The notes: generated from the letters alone by a model not told the origin. A DNA stretch of 64,000 nucleotides from an uncultured Alphaproteobacteria bacterium (GCA_944390225.1 CALXPB010000001.1:16408-80407), one strand, 5' to 3'. Numbered from the stretch's first letter, positions 35,463 through 46,377 are shown. Program-made: numbers and translations.

Positions 35463-35933
35463 ATGGAAAAGAAACCGGTTTCAAGGGCTGGGTTTGATAG
35501 CCTGATTAAAGAATTAAAAGATTTAAAGGAAGTTCAACGTCCAGAAATACTAAAAACAGTTCAATGGGCTCGTTCCTTGGGTGATTTGTCTGAAAATGCA
35601 GATTATAGCGCTGCCAAAGAAAAACAAAGGCAGATTGATAAACGTATACAATTTATAGAAGAATTTATTAATAATGCTACAATAATAGATGTAGACTCGT
35701 TGTCTGGTGACAGGGTAGTTTTCGGTGCGCGCGTGGTCGCAGAAGACGAGGACGGTAATAAAATGCAGTGCAGAATCTTATCTGATATCGAATCTGATGG
35801 GAAACAGGTTATTTCTTGTACTTCACCGGTTGGACGTGCTTTCATTGGACGATGTGTTGGGGATACCTGCATTGTAAAACTACCAAACGGTGAAAAAGAA
35901 TACGAGATTTTAGAAATAAAGTTCAAGGATTAA
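35463..35933 (+). CDS. greA: Transcription elongation factor GreA
   Basis: ..ARSLGDLSENADYSAAKEKQ.. and the C-terminal FKBP-like domain. Confidence 0.9.
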   Translation: MEKKPVSRAGFDSLIKELKDLKEVQRPEILKTVQWARSLGDLSENADYSAAKEKQRQIDKRIQFIEEFINNATIIDVDSLSGDRVVFGARVVAEDEDGNKMQCRILSDIESDGKQVISCTSPVGRAFIGRCVGDTCIVKLPNGEKEYEILEIKFKD

Positions 35934-35938
35934 ATGGT

Positions 35939-37693
35939 ATGTCTGTACGCGTTTTACCAGATTTTTTAATTAATCAAATTGCAGCAGGTGAGGTTGTAGA
36001 ACGTCCCGCAAGTGTGGTTAAAGAATTGATTGAAAATGCTCTGGACGCGGGGGCAGATCAAATAATGATAGACGTTGTTGACGGTGGCAGAACTTCAATT
36101 TCTGTTGTTGATAACGGATCTGGTATGTCACGTCATGATCTGGAAAAATCTATAATGAGACACGCAACTTCTAAATTACCTGATGACGATTTATTAAATA
36201 TAAATTATATGGGCTTTCGCGGTGAAGCCTTACCTTCTATTGCATCGGTTTCTGATATGATTATTGATACATGTAACGGAATTGAAGAAAACGGATGGTG
36301 CCTTGATTGTTCTACTGGTGATATAAAACCGTCTAGTTGGGAAAACGGTACAAGAATACGTGTAAATAATTTGTTTTCTAAAACGCCAGCAAGATTAAAA
36401 TTTTTGCGTGGTGACAAGTCAGAAATGATTTCTGTTTTGGATGTCTTTAAACGTTTAGCAATGGCAAGACCGGATGTAGGTTTTGTTTTAAATAATAAAT
36501 GGAGGTTTCCTAAAAATCAGGAGATAACCGAACGTATAATTTCCGTTATGGGTGATGACGTTCGGGGACATATGTTAACCGTTGATGCAATTTCTTCAAA
36601 TGCGTCTTTGAAGTTAACCGGGGTAATTTCAGAACCAACTTTGCGTCGTGCTTCATCTGTAGATCAATATTTATTTGTAAACGGAAGACCTGTAAAGGAT
36701 AAGGTTTTATTCGGTGCTTTACGGGCGGCATATATGGATGTTATGCATGCACGTGAATTCCCGCTATGTGCACTGTATCTTGATCTAGACCATCGAAGCG
36801 TTGATGTTAATGTTTCACCTGCAAAAACAGAAGTGCACTTTTTAGAACCTGTTCATGTTCGTAATTTTATGATAAAATCACTACGTGACGTTTTAGCGAA
36901 AACTTTGGATGAAAAAACAAATATGAATTCATATTGTTACACCGGACAATCTATAACCAATAAAAAAATTAATTTTAATCTTGGTGATTATTCTCGGGTA
37001 TCTTCTCCGAATAGAAATGCACCCGATATCGCTTTTATGTTTAAACCGGTTAAAGACGATTCATTAGAGAACTTTTTTGAATCAGAAAAGCCTGATGCGA
37101 CTGATAGTCAGATTCAAAATGAAGGTACTTTTCCTTTGGGGCGGGTCATAGGTCAGGTCGGTAACAAATATATTTTATCGCAAAGCGGTGAAAATTTAAT
37201 AATAGTCGATCAACATGCTGCTCATGAACGTATTACTTATGAACGTTTACGGCGATATGATATAAAAAGACAACCCTTATTGACGCCAATTGTAATAAAT
37301 ATAAAATCTGAAGATGGAGAAGCAATATTATCAATTTCCGAAGAAATGAAAAAATCTGGTTTATATATAGACGCTTTTGGAAATGACGCAATTGCTATTT
37401 TTGAAAAACCTGCCGATTGGGATTTGAACTGGGATGACTTGTTCCATAGCATTGCAGACGAAGTCCGCGAATATGGTCATTCTGCTCAGTTGTCTGAAAG
37501 ATTACATTTAAAACTTGCAAATTATGCTTGTCATCATAGTGTTCGGGCAGGGCAGAAGTTAGATTATAATCAGATGGATGCTCTGTTGCGGGATATAGAA
37601 AAAACGAATCGAGGTTCAGAATGTAATCATGGTCGCCCAGTTTATAAGATAATACCTTTTGCAGAGATAGACGGTTGGTTCGAGCGTATCTGA
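35939..37693 (+). CDS. mutL: DNA mismatch repair protein MutL
   Basis: LINQIAAGEVVERPASVVKELIENALDAGA, GFRGEAL, C-terminal QHAAHERI. Confidence 0.95.
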   Translation: MSVRVLPDFLINQIAAGEVVERPASVVKELIENALDAGADQIMIDVVDGGRTSISVVDNGSGMSRHDLEKSIMRHATSKLPDDDLLNINYMGFRGEALPSIASVSDMIIDTCNGIEENGWCLDCSTGDIKPSSWENGTRIRVNNLFSKTPARLKFLRGDKSEMISVLDVFKRLAMARPDVGFVLNNKWRFPKNQEITERIISVMGDDVRGHMLTVDAISSNASLKLTGVISEPTLRRASSVDQYLFVNGRPVKDKVLFGALRAAYMDVMHAREFPLCALYLDLDHRSVDVNVSPAKTEVHFLEPVHVRNFMIKSLRDVLAKTLDEKTNMNSYCYTGQSITNKKINFNLGDYSRVSSPNRNAPDIAFMFKPVKDDSLENFFESEKPDATDSQIQNEGTFPLGRVIGQVGNKYILSQSGENLIIVDQHAAHERITYERLRRYDIKRQPLLTPIVINIKSEDGEAILSISEEMKKSGLYIDAFGNDAIAIFEKPADWDLNWDDLFHSIADEVREYGHSAQLSERLHLKLANYACHHSVRAGQKLDYNQMDALLRDIEKTNRGSECNHGRPVYKIIPFAEIDGWFERI

Positions 37694-37777
37694 TTTTTGG
37701 GATTTAAAATAATATTTCCTTTACATAATCGGCTTTTTTTACTATTCTGAACCCATAAGTATACAAGGAGAAATAAT

Positions 37778-38077
37778 ATGGAAGAAACGGCAATCGTTGA
37801 TAATGTTGCACAAACAGCACCCACAAGTGATTGGTCTGGTATGTTGCTGTATTGCGTGGTTGTTTTCGCAATCATATACATATTTATGGTTAGACCAAAT
37901 AAAAAACGTATGGCGGAATATCAGAAAATGTTAGATTCTTTAACCGTCGGTAAACGCGTTTTGGCGGCTGGTATATACGGTACAGTTAAAAAAGTAAATG
38001 AAAATACAATTGAAATGGAAATTGCAAAAGGCGTTGTTATAGAAGTAAATAAAAACGCAGTGGCAAATGTTGAATAA
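37778..38077 (+). CDS. yajC: Preprotein translocase subunit YajC
   Basis: TM plus MVRPNKKRMAEYQKMLDSLTVGKRVLAAGIYGTV. Confidence 0.85.
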   Translation: MEETAIVDNVAQTAPTSDWSGMLLYCVVVFAIIYIFMVRPNKKRMAEYQKMLDSLTVGKRVLAAGIYGTVKKVNENTIEMEIAKGVVIEVNKNAVANVE

Positions 38078-38089
38078 AAGGGTCAGGTT

Positions 38090-39652
38090 ATGTTTAAAAA
38101 ATTAGCAATAATTTTTGTTGCTGTATTTGGGGTTCTTTTGGCTGTGCCGACTTTGGCACCTAGTTTGGCTCCTTATTTTCCTTCGTGGATTCAACCTATT
38201 TCTTTGGGGTTAGATTTAAAAGGCGGGGCGCAACTTTTATTGGAAGTAGATACAGATACCATGTTTCGTGAAAAGGGCATGCAATTATATGACGAAGTTC
38301 GCAGTGCTATGGTTGATCGTGATAAGGGGGTTATCCGTTTTTCAAATCTAAGAAATAACGATGGTATGGTTTCTTTGGTCGTTCGTGATGAAACTGAAAT
38401 ATCAGATGCAAAAGGTCGTTTGAAAAGAGTATTAGGCGATTCTGTTGATATTTCTTCTGATAAAAAAACTATTTATGTCGCGTACACAGAAAAAGCAAAA
38501 ACAGAAATGGTGCAAGATGCTTTGGCTCGAAGTATAGAAATCGTTCGTCGTCGTATCGATGCATTGGGAACAAAAGAACCGTCTATTCAAAGTCAGGGTG
38601 GAAAGTATATCTTGATTCAATTACCTGGTGTTGATAACCCAGAACGTATAAAAGAACTTATAGGTCAAACCGCAAAAATGACGTTCCATCTGGTTAACGA
38701 GGATATAACACAAGAACAATTAAATTCCGGACATGCACCAAAAGGAACAGAGTTTTTACCTTTTATTATGGAATCTCCATCGCAAGTAATACCTGTATAC
38801 AGTCGTATAGAAGTTTCTGGCGAATCGTTAAAAGATTCTCAGGCTGATTTTGATCAAAATAGAATGCCTGTTGTCACAACAACTTTTGATGCAACCGGTG
38901 CCAGAAAGTTTGCGAAACTGACAACAGATCACGTTAATGAACGTTTCGCAATAGTTCTGGATGGTAAGGTTTTGTCCGCCCCCGTTATCCGAGAACCAAT
39001 ACCCGGAGGACGCGGTCAGATTTCAGGTGGCTTTACTTTACAAGAGGCAAAAGATTTAGCAGTTCTATTACGTAGTGGGGCTTTGCCGGCACCGCTGCAA
39101 GTCATAGAAGAACGTACCGTCGGTGCAGGATTGGGGGCAGATACTATTGCAGCAGGTAAAATTGCTTCTCTGGCGGGTATGATTTTTATAATGATTTTTA
39201 TGATATTCTGTTATCGGGCTTTCGGCGTTATAGCAAGTTTCGTGCTGATAATAAATCTGGCAATGATTATAGGAATTTCTGCCGTACTCGGTGCAACATT
39301 AACTTTACCTGGAATTGCCGGTATCGTATTAACTTTGGGTATGGCGGTTGATGCGAATATTTTGCCATTTGAACGAATCCGAGATGAAATCCGTGAAGGT
39401 TCAACTCCTCTTAGAGCAGTAGAGGCAGGGTTCCATAGGTCTATGAAGGCAGTAATGGACGGTAATTTAACTAATTTAATATGTTCTTTGGTTCTTTTCC
39501 AGTTCGGTGCCGGTCCAATTCGCGGGTTTGCCGTAACGTTATCTGTCGGTGTGCTGACAACTTTATTTACCTGTGTTTCTTTGTCTAAGGTCATCATCGA
39601 TTGGTATATGAACGGTAAAAATAAAAAAATCGGATACGTGAAAAATAAGTAA
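38090..39652 (+). CDS. secD: Protein translocase subunit SecD
   Basis: GLDLKGG.., a large periplasmic domain, and the 6-TM SecDF core. Confidence 0.9.
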   Translation: MFKKLAIIFVAVFGVLLAVPTLAPSLAPYFPSWIQPISLGLDLKGGAQLLLEVDTDTMFREKGMQLYDEVRSAMVDRDKGVIRFSNLRNNDGMVSLVVRDETEISDAKGRLKRVLGDSVDISSDKKTIYVAYTEKAKTEMVQDALARSIEIVRRRIDALGTKEPSIQSQGGKYILIQLPGVDNPERIKELIGQTAKMTFHLVNEDITQEQLNSGHAPKGTEFLPFIMESPSQVIPVYSRIEVSGESLKDSQADFDQNRMPVVTTTFDATGARKFAKLTTDHVNERFAIVLDGKVLSAPVIREPIPGGRGQISGGFTLQEAKDLAVLLRSGALPAPLQVIEERTVGAGLGADTIAAGKIASLAGMIFIMIFMIFCYRAFGVIASFVLIINLAMIIGISAVLGATLTLPGIAGIVLTLGMAVDANILPFERIRDEIREGSTPLRAVEAGFHRSMKAVMDGNLTNLICSLVLFQFGAGPIRGFAVTLSVGVLTTLFTCVSLSKVIIDWYMNGKNKKIGYVKNK

Positions 39653-39665
39653 AAAGGTTGATGTT

Positions 39666-40535
39666 ATGAAACTGAAATTTATGAAGTATCGCAAATTATC
39701 ATACTGGCTTTCGGGCTTGTTGGTTGGGTTATCTATTTTATCCTTGGCGACGCGCGGGTTAAATTACGGAATTGATTTCGCCGGTGGTATTTCCATGGAA
39801 GTTACACCTGTTTCTAAGGATTATACCATTGATAAAATGCGTCATGATTTAGCAGAATTTAACCCAGAATTACAATCCATTGATGATAATAGGGCTATTT
39901 TAGTTCGTGTCGGTTTGCCGAAAGGTGCAACAGATGCGCAACAGAATCAACGCGTGGCAGAAATAAAAAATATTTTAGGAGATAAAGTACAATATTCTCA
40001 GGTGCAAATCGTAGGACCTAAGATAGGAGGTGAATTAGTCCGCGGTGGTATTTTGGCTATATTGTTTTCTTTTATCTTGATGGCCGTTTATGTATGGGTT
40101 AGATATCGCGGCGGTTATGCAATAGGTTCGTTTTTGTCTTTGGTTTTAGACTTCATAATCATGTTCGGTTTCTTTTCTGTTACAGGATTAGAATTTAATC
40201 AGACTTCTATCGCGGTAATTTTAATGGGGGTAGGGTACTCTATTAACGATAAAGTTGTAAACTATGACAGAATAGAAGAAAATATTAAAAAGTATCATAA
40301 AATGCCGATGTCTGATTTGATAGATTTATCTGTAAACGAAATGTTACGTAGAACTGTTATGACAGGTGTTTCTACTATATTAGCCATGGTTGCTCTGTAT
40401 CTGTTTGGTGGAACTATGCTTAAAGAGTTTGCAATATCTATGACTTTTGCCGTCTTGATGGGTACTATGACGAGTATTTATATTTCAAATGTAATCTTGT
40501 ATCATTTTAATTTGCGGGATAACGAAGGAAAATAA
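39666..40535 (+). CDS. secF: Protein translocase subunit SecF
   Basis: LNYGIDFAGG.., YSINDKVVNYDRIEEN. Confidence 0.9.
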   Translation: MKLKFMKYRKLSYWLSGLLVGLSILSLATRGLNYGIDFAGGISMEVTPVSKDYTIDKMRHDLAEFNPELQSIDDNRAILVRVGLPKGATDAQQNQRVAEIKNILGDKVQYSQVQIVGPKIGGELVRGGILAILFSFILMAVYVWVRYRGGYAIGSFLSLVLDFIIMFGFFSVTGLEFNQTSIAVILMGVGYSINDKVVNYDRIEENIKKYHKMPMSDLIDLSVNEMLRRTVMTGVSTILAMVALYLFGGTMLKEFAISMTFAVLMGTMTSIYISNVILYHFNLRDNEGK

Positions 40536-40574
40536 AAAAAGTATTTCATATCAAGGCAAAAAAGGGGGAGTAAA

Positions 40575-42080
40575 ATGAGATTTTTTAAGTTCGTTTTATG
40601 TGCTTTCTTGGCCTTTGGTATAACATCGGCAAATGCAGAAGGGTTATTCTTTGAAGACGAACCTGTACAAGATGGGCTAAATGTTTTTGATGTTTCCGAA
40701 ACCTTTGCGGATATTTATGAAAAACTAGATAATGTAAGTTGGGGCGGTAAAAATATAAATATCGCAATAGAAAGCCTTGAAAATTTAAATAAGAATGCTC
40801 ATATCGCTGCAACAGATGAACGAGTTGTTCTTGTCTGGAACGATGCAATTATTGCAAATTACCCAAGACCAAAACACGGTGATTGGAAAGGGTTCGGTGA
40901 AATTACTACGGCGCTTATTTTAAAATTACGTGCAAACGATCCGATTCTACATAGTTCCAGTGAAAGTGAAATGTATCAATTGGTTGTCGATAGTCTTATG
41001 CGGGGAATAGACGAAAATGGACGTTATATTTATTCGCGTGAAGCGGAAGTAACAGAAGATGGTAGAATCCTTACAAGCGTTGGGTTGGAAGGAGCACGAG
41101 ATTCTCGTGGAAATTATCGAGTCTTAGGTATATACAAGGATTCTCCTGCTGATACGGCCGGCATAAGAGAAGGAGATTTAATCGCAGAAATAAATGGGGT
41201 TCCTGTCTCGCAAATGTCAGATGCAGATTTATCCGGTGTAATGTCTGGTTTTAATTCAGGAACATCAAAGATAAAATTATTAACTCCATCAGGTGAAAAG
41301 GATGTCGTTCTTCGTCGTGCAACAATAATTCTGGCAGATGCAGATGTCGTTCATCGTAGTAATCTAGATACAGGCGGAATATTAGAAATCATTGTTCATA
41401 AAATATCAGACAATTCAGTAGCAATTGTAAACGAGGCTTTACTTAAATATCCGGATATAGACGGTATAATATTAGATTTACGGGCCACCACAGGTGAAGA
41501 TGAAAGAGCCGCCGCAAAATTAGCGGGATTATTTATCGGTCCAGAACCTGTTTTGCGGGTAATTGAAACCGCAAGAGAAGAAATGGAAGTTGTCCCTGGT
41601 GGTAACGCTGTTACAGATGCACCAGTTGTTGTATTGATGTCAAATATGACACGTGGTACTGCCGAAGCGGTTGCGGCCGCATTTTATGAATATGAACGAG
41701 GAGTACTGGTAGGAACACCAACTGCTGGTAACGCCAGAATTGCAACTGTAATAAATTTGGAAAATGGCGGTGCTTTGGAGTTACTTAATAAATCTGTCAA
41801 AACAGGAAAAGGTAAGGTTATTGATGGGCGCGGTTTATTTCCTATTGTATGTTTGTCTAATATTCGCACAAAAGCTCAACAACAGGTATTCTTTTTGAAT
41901 GTTATAAATAACGATTTTAACTCAAAAGATTTTAATCGCGATACCGATGTAAGTACCGATGAAATTAGACGCGGATGTCCGAATATAACAAGTGGAACCG
42001 ATGAAGATGCACTTGCTACGGCCGTTGCGGTTAAGATATTAACCGATAAAAGGGTTTATAACAAATTAATTGCAGAATAA
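40575..42080 (+). CDS. S41 (C-terminal processing peptidase)-like periplasmic protein with PDZ domain, catalytic dyad apparently absent
   Basis: Signal peptide. PDZ GIYKDSPADTAGIREGDLIAEINGVPV. S41 core PVVVLMSNMTRGTAEAVAAAFYEYERGVLVGTPTAGNARIATV, where the usual GSASASE Ser and FGKG Lys align to Gly and Asn. Confidence 0.65.
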   Translation: MRFFKFVLCAFLAFGITSANAEGLFFEDEPVQDGLNVFDVSETFADIYEKLDNVSWGGKNINIAIESLENLNKNAHIAATDERVVLVWNDAIIANYPRPKHGDWKGFGEITTALILKLRANDPILHSSSESEMYQLVVDSLMRGIDENGRYIYSREAEVTEDGRILTSVGLEGARDSRGNYRVLGIYKDSPADTAGIREGDLIAEINGVPVSQMSDADLSGVMSGFNSGTSKIKLLTPSGEKDVVLRRATIILADADVVHRSNLDTGGILEIIVHKISDNSVAIVNEALLKYPDIDGIILDLRATTGEDERAAAKLAGLFIGPEPVLRVIETAREEMEVVPGGNAVTDAPVVVLMSNMTRGTAEAVAAAFYEYERGVLVGTPTAGNARIATVINLENGGALELLNKSVKTGKGKVIDGRGLFPIVCLSNIRTKAQQQVFFLNVINNDFNSKDFNRDTDVSTDEIRRGCPNITSGTDEDALATAVAVKILTDKRVYNKLIAE

Positions 42081-42099
42081 ATTACGAAAGGCGGGTAAA

Positions 42100-42807
42100 A
42101 TGTTTTTAACAAAAGAAAATAATATAAAATGGAACGTGATAGGATATGCCGGAATAATAACTATTGTTTTGGTACTTTTAGGAATATTTTGGTTTGATAA
42201 ACCTCTTTATTTATTTATGCGTAATTTTGACTTTAAATTATGGGGGCTATTTAATGCCGTTTTTGATGCAAAAAATTGGTTAATTGTATCTGCCGTTGTT
42301 ATGCTTTTCTTTTATTTGAAAAAAATATGGAAACAGAAACCGTCTTATAAAGACGAAAAGAGTAAGTTCAACCTTCTTGTATTCTGTAAAGACATTTTTC
42401 ATAAAGTTCGTAATAGTTATGCGTTTTATGTGTTTTGTTCCGTATTAACCGCTGGTGTTATAGGTAAGGTCTTGAAAATAATTATAGGTAGGGCGCGCCC
42501 AATTTTTTATGAGGCTTTGGATATGACGGGTTTCTTTCCTTTTTCTACGGATTGGGCGTTTAATTCTATGCCGTCTGGTCATACTTTCGCCTCTTTTGCA
42601 GGACTTGTAATGTTAGGGTTATTGGCTCCGAAAATAAAATGGTTCACTTGGTCGTTGGCTATTATAATAGGATTATCAAGAGTCTGTTACGGTGCTCATT
42701 GGCCGACAGATGTTATTCTGGGGGCGTTTATAGGTATGGTAACGGCAGATTTGGTAAAGGCTGCGTTAAAGTCAAAATTAGTTGACGGGAAAAAACAACT
42801 TTTATAA
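42100..42807 (+). CDS. PAP2-family membrane phosphatase
   Basis: KIIIGRARP, PSGHT, SRVCYGAHWPTDV. ATG at 42100 is preferred over the TTG at 42070. Confidence 0.8.
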   Translation: MFLTKENNIKWNVIGYAGIITIVLVLLGIFWFDKPLYLFMRNFDFKLWGLFNAVFDAKNWLIVSAVVMLFFYLKKIWKQKPSYKDEKSKFNLLVFCKDIFHKVRNSYAFYVFCSVLTAGVIGKVLKIIIGRARPIFYEALDMTGFFPFSTDWAFNSMPSGHTFASFAGLVMLGLLAPKIKWFTWSLAIIIGLSRVCYGAHWPTDVILGAFIGMVTADLVKAALKSKLVDGKKQLL

Positions 42808-42840
42808 CAATTATGAGTTTTTTGTGATAAAATATATTAA

Positions 42841-45060
42841 ATGGACAAACAATCAAAATTTTTACCGGATAGAGTTTCTGGTGCATTGAAATCTTTAATA
42901 AAACGTATAACCGGTGGTGCGTTGCTCGCAATTGGTATATGGGCTCTGGTGGCGTTGTTTTTGTTTGACCCTTATCTGGATGGGTTCGCGGTGGCAAGTA
43001 CTTTTGGTGAACAGTCTGTAATGGGACAGGTCGTAGGTTTCTTACGTTATAGCATCGGTTTTATTCCTGCTGTATTTATGATTCTTTGTATTGCAAGATG
43101 GGGAATCACATGGCTTGCGGGTTGGAATGAAAGCTTGGAACCGGAATATAATTTTTTACGTTTTTTTGTAGCTTTATGCTTAGGAACAGCGGGTTTGGGT
43201 TTGTTGATTCCGTCTGCTACATTCGGTGGTTTAATGGGCAGTCTTGTTGCAACAGATGTTTCTTCGGTAATCGGTTCTTGGGGGTTGCTAATAGGTGTTT
43301 TATGCCTGGGTGTGTTTTGTTTTTTAGGTGCAAGATTACTTCATATAAAATGGGAGCATATTAAAAACTTTGGAAATATATTTTATAAATCGATTCGTTG
43401 GGTGTTATCAATTTTCCATTTAACACGAAGTGATGAAAGTGTTTATGTTGAAGATGAAGAAGAAGAAACAGAAGAAGAAAAAGACGAAGAAAAAACGAAA
43501 AAAACAAAAACTGTGAAAAGAAAAGTTGCTCGTAGTACAAAAAATGTCGCGGTTGCCGATGTAGAACATGAATATGAATTACCCGATCCAGAGTTTTTAG
43601 AAAAGTCTTCTTTTGGGAAAAACTCTATTACACCGGAATTAAAGCGAAATGCAACCGCTATGGAATATCATTTTGCCGAATATAATGTACGCGGACGCGT
43701 TGTTGGTATTAAACCAGGTCCAATCGTTACTTTATACGAATTTATGCCGGAAAGTGGTGTTCGTATGGTTGATATTAATAAAACCGTAGATGATATGACA
43801 CGCGCAATGGCTACGGCTCATATCAGAATTGCTCATATTCCCAGTACTCAATTGATCGGTGTTGAAATGGTAAATCTTAAACGTCAGGAGGTGCGTTTTA
43901 GATCTTTGATTGATAACGATACGTTCATTAATTCTAAATATAAAATACCTTTGGCATTGGGGGTTGATATCGGTGGTAATCCTATGTACTTTGATTTGGC
44001 TAAGATGCCTCATGTATTAATTGCTGGGCGTACCGGTTCCGGTAAGTCCGTTTTTGTTCAGTCCATTATAATGTCTATTTTATATCATTTTACGCCGGAT
44101 AAATGTAAATTGATGATAGTTGACCCAAAAGGCGTCGATTTTACTTTGTGGAACGATATACCGCATTTAATTACACCGGTTTTAACCGATGCGAATGCTT
44201 CTGTTAACGCATTGAAATGGTCTGTTGCAGAAATGGAAGAACGATATAAACGTTTACAATTGTTGGGTGTGCAAAATATCGCAGGTTATAATGAAGCGGT
44301 TGCTCAAAAACGTGAAAAAGGTGAAAAATTAACGCGCCAGGTCGCCGTTGGTACAGACCCTGAAACAGGAGAATTGGAATTTGAAACCCAAGAGGTAGAT
44401 TTATCTGATATGCCGTATCTGGTGGTGATAATAGACGAAGTTGCAGATCTTATGTCTGTTGCCAGAAAAGAGGTAGAGGCCTGTGTGCAACGTTTAGCGC
44501 AAAAAGCCCGTGCGGCAGGAATTCATTTAGTTGCCGCAACTCAACGTCCTGATACATCTGTAATTACTGGTGTTATAAAGGCGAATTTCCCGACGCGTAT
44601 TTCTTTCCAAGCACGTAGTTCAATTGACTCTATGACGACTCTCGGTGAAAAGGGAGCAGAGCAATTGCTGTCTTGTGGCGATATGCTTTTTAGTGAAGCA
44701 GGTAGAGTCCCTGTTCGTATACATGGGGCCCTGATAGAAAATACAGAAATAAATCGTGTTGCAGATTTCTTACGGCAACAGGGGGAACCGGAATACGAGG
44801 AAGGCATTTCTTCCGGTGAAGATGGGGCAAGTGCAGGATATACAACTATACCGGGTATGGCTCCATCAAAGGCGGATAAAGACGCTGACCTTTATACGCA
44901 GGCGAAAGAATATGTCTTGCGAGATAAAAAACCTACAATTTCATATATACAACGTAGACTAGGTGTCGGCTATAATAAAGCAGCAGGATTTATGGAAAAA
45001 ATGGAAGCAGAAGGTATCGTTAGTCCACCAGATGCTAATAATAAAAGGCATATTTTGTAA
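42841..45060 (+). CDS. ftsK: DNA translocase FtsK
   Basis: N-terminal TMs, acidic/Lys linker, motor domain HVLIAGRTGSGKSV, gamma domain (..ISYIQRRLGVGYNKAAGFMEKME). Confidence 0.95.
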   Translation: MDKQSKFLPDRVSGALKSLIKRITGGALLAIGIWALVALFLFDPYLDGFAVASTFGEQSVMGQVVGFLRYSIGFIPAVFMILCIARWGITWLAGWNESLEPEYNFLRFFVALCLGTAGLGLLIPSATFGGLMGSLVATDVSSVIGSWGLLIGVLCLGVFCFLGARLLHIKWEHIKNFGNIFYKSIRWVLSIFHLTRSDESVYVEDEEEETEEEKDEEKTKKTKTVKRKVARSTKNVAVADVEHEYELPDPEFLEKSSFGKNSITPELKRNATAMEYHFAEYNVRGRVVGIKPGPIVTLYEFMPESGVRMVDINKTVDDMTRAMATAHIRIAHIPSTQLIGVEMVNLKRQEVRFRSLIDNDTFINSKYKIPLALGVDIGGNPMYFDLAKMPHVLIAGRTGSGKSVFVQSIIMSILYHFTPDKCKLMIVDPKGVDFTLWNDIPHLITPVLTDANASVNALKWSVAEMEERYKRLQLLGVQNIAGYNEAVAQKREKGEKLTRQVAVGTDPETGELEFETQEVDLSDMPYLVVIIDEVADLMSVARKEVEACVQRLAQKARAAGIHLVAATQRPDTSVITGVIKANFPTRISFQARSSIDSMTTLGEKGAEQLLSCGDMLFSEAGRVPVRIHGALIENTEINRVADFLRQQGEPEYEEGISSGEDGASAGYTTIPGMAPSKADKDADLYTQAKEYVLRDKKPTISYIQRRLGVGYNKAAGFMEKMEAEGIVSPPDANNKRHIL

Positions 45061-45132
45061 TAAAATTTGGGATAACAGTGATTGGTTTTACCGATTTTTT
45101 ATTTTTAAATGCTTTTTTGTTTCATATTTTTA

Positions 45133-45141
45133 TGGTATAAT
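45133..45141 (+). promoter_or_regulatory. Extended -10 promoter element upstream of outer-membrane protein gene
   Basis: TGGTATAAT about 22 nt upstream of the ATG at 45163. No good -35. Confidence 0.35.
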
Positions 45142-45162
45142 TTTTCTAAAAGGAGTTTTGTA

Positions 45163-46371
45163 ATGAAAAAACAAATATCTTTATTTATGATAGGTTTTAC
45201 TTTGTTCGCAATAACGCCGGTTTTGGCGGCAACAAATTTGGGAACGCGTGCAGGTTCCAGTGTCGATTTAACCGGACAGCCGGCCGTACGTGAACGTACT
45301 CAGGTTAACTACGAGAAATATGAAACTCGTACTTCTTCTAAAACTTACGATCAGAAAGACGGTAAAAATTTATATTATACTCAACCCGCCGATCGTAGCG
45401 AGGTTTATAAACAATATGCAAGCGGTACAGATTCTTCCGCAACAGTACGTACAACTCGGGCGGAAACATATACCAGTGAATTGAAGAGAAAATATTATTT
45501 GGCTCATCCTTTCTTTCAGCCACTAGAAGGTAAATTCGGTTCTGTTACAGATTTGTCTTATTCTATGAGTTCTTATGATGTTTTATTGAAACCAATCGGT
45601 GACGGTTCTGTTTCTGATGCAAACGGCAAATGGGATATGAGTCAGTTTTCAATCAAAGAGGATTTTAGTTACGGAATCACAGATCGTATAGCATTAATCG
45701 CAATGTTAAAATATGATATTTCTAAATATAAATTTGATTGGGAAACTGCTCCGGATGACGAAATGGACGATAACGATTTAAGCGTTTTAGGTTTAGGAGC
45801 ACAGTGGCGTTTTGTCGATAATGACGACTGGATTGCTACGTTGTCCGGATATTATCAGTACCAGAAAGATATTTCTAATAACTTTATTTTGGACTTAAAG
45901 GCCGGATATAAGGTTGGGTCTTCAACGATTTATGGCTTGGCCCGTACATGGTTCGTAGACTTTGACGGTAATTCATACGGTAATGGTATAGAAGGTGAAA
46001 CAGCAGAAGGGACAAAGGCTTCTTTATTCTTAGCATATGATACAGACGTAAATACTGTCTTTTATTTTGAAGGCGGTTTAGGTATTTTCAGTGTGTTGGA
46101 TGAAGACTGGACTCTGAACTTCGAGGCGATTTTAGGAAACTATGATTGGCATAACCAAGCAAGTTTGAAGGCGGCAATCGGTTGGCAACCAAACGATTGG
46201 ATGGCTTTGAACTTGTATGCCAAGACTTCTGTATACGATTCAGCAAATGGTAAAGACCTGACTTTCTGGGGAACAGATTTTGATACAGGTGTATTTACTC
46301 ATATGGGAAATGCAAGTATTGATAATATTTCTGAAACGTCAGTAGGTTTGCAAGCAATATTTTTATTCTAG
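45163..46371 (+). CDS. Hypothetical outer-membrane beta-barrel protein
   Basis: AGGAG SD. Signal peptide ..ITPVLA/AT. Alternating-hydrophobicity strands. C-terminal ..GLQAIFLF (terminal Phe). Confidence 0.6.
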   Translation: MKKQISLFMIGFTLFAITPVLAATNLGTRAGSSVDLTGQPAVRERTQVNYEKYETRTSSKTYDQKDGKNLYYTQPADRSEVYKQYASGTDSSATVRTTRAETYTSELKRKYYLAHPFFQPLEGKFGSVTDLSYSMSSYDVLLKPIGDGSVSDANGKWDMSQFSIKEDFSYGITDRIALIAMLKYDISKYKFDWETAPDDEMDDNDLSVLGLGAQWRFVDNDDWIATLSGYYQYQKDISNNFILDLKAGYKVGSSTIYGLARTWFVDFDGNSYGNGIEGETAEGTKASLFLAYDTDVNTVFYFEGGLGIFSVLDEDWTLNFEAILGNYDWHNQASLKAAIGWQPNDWMALNLYAKTSVYDSANGKDLTFWGTDFDTGVFTHMGNASIDNISETSVGLQAIFLF

Positions 46372-46377
46372 TAAGAA

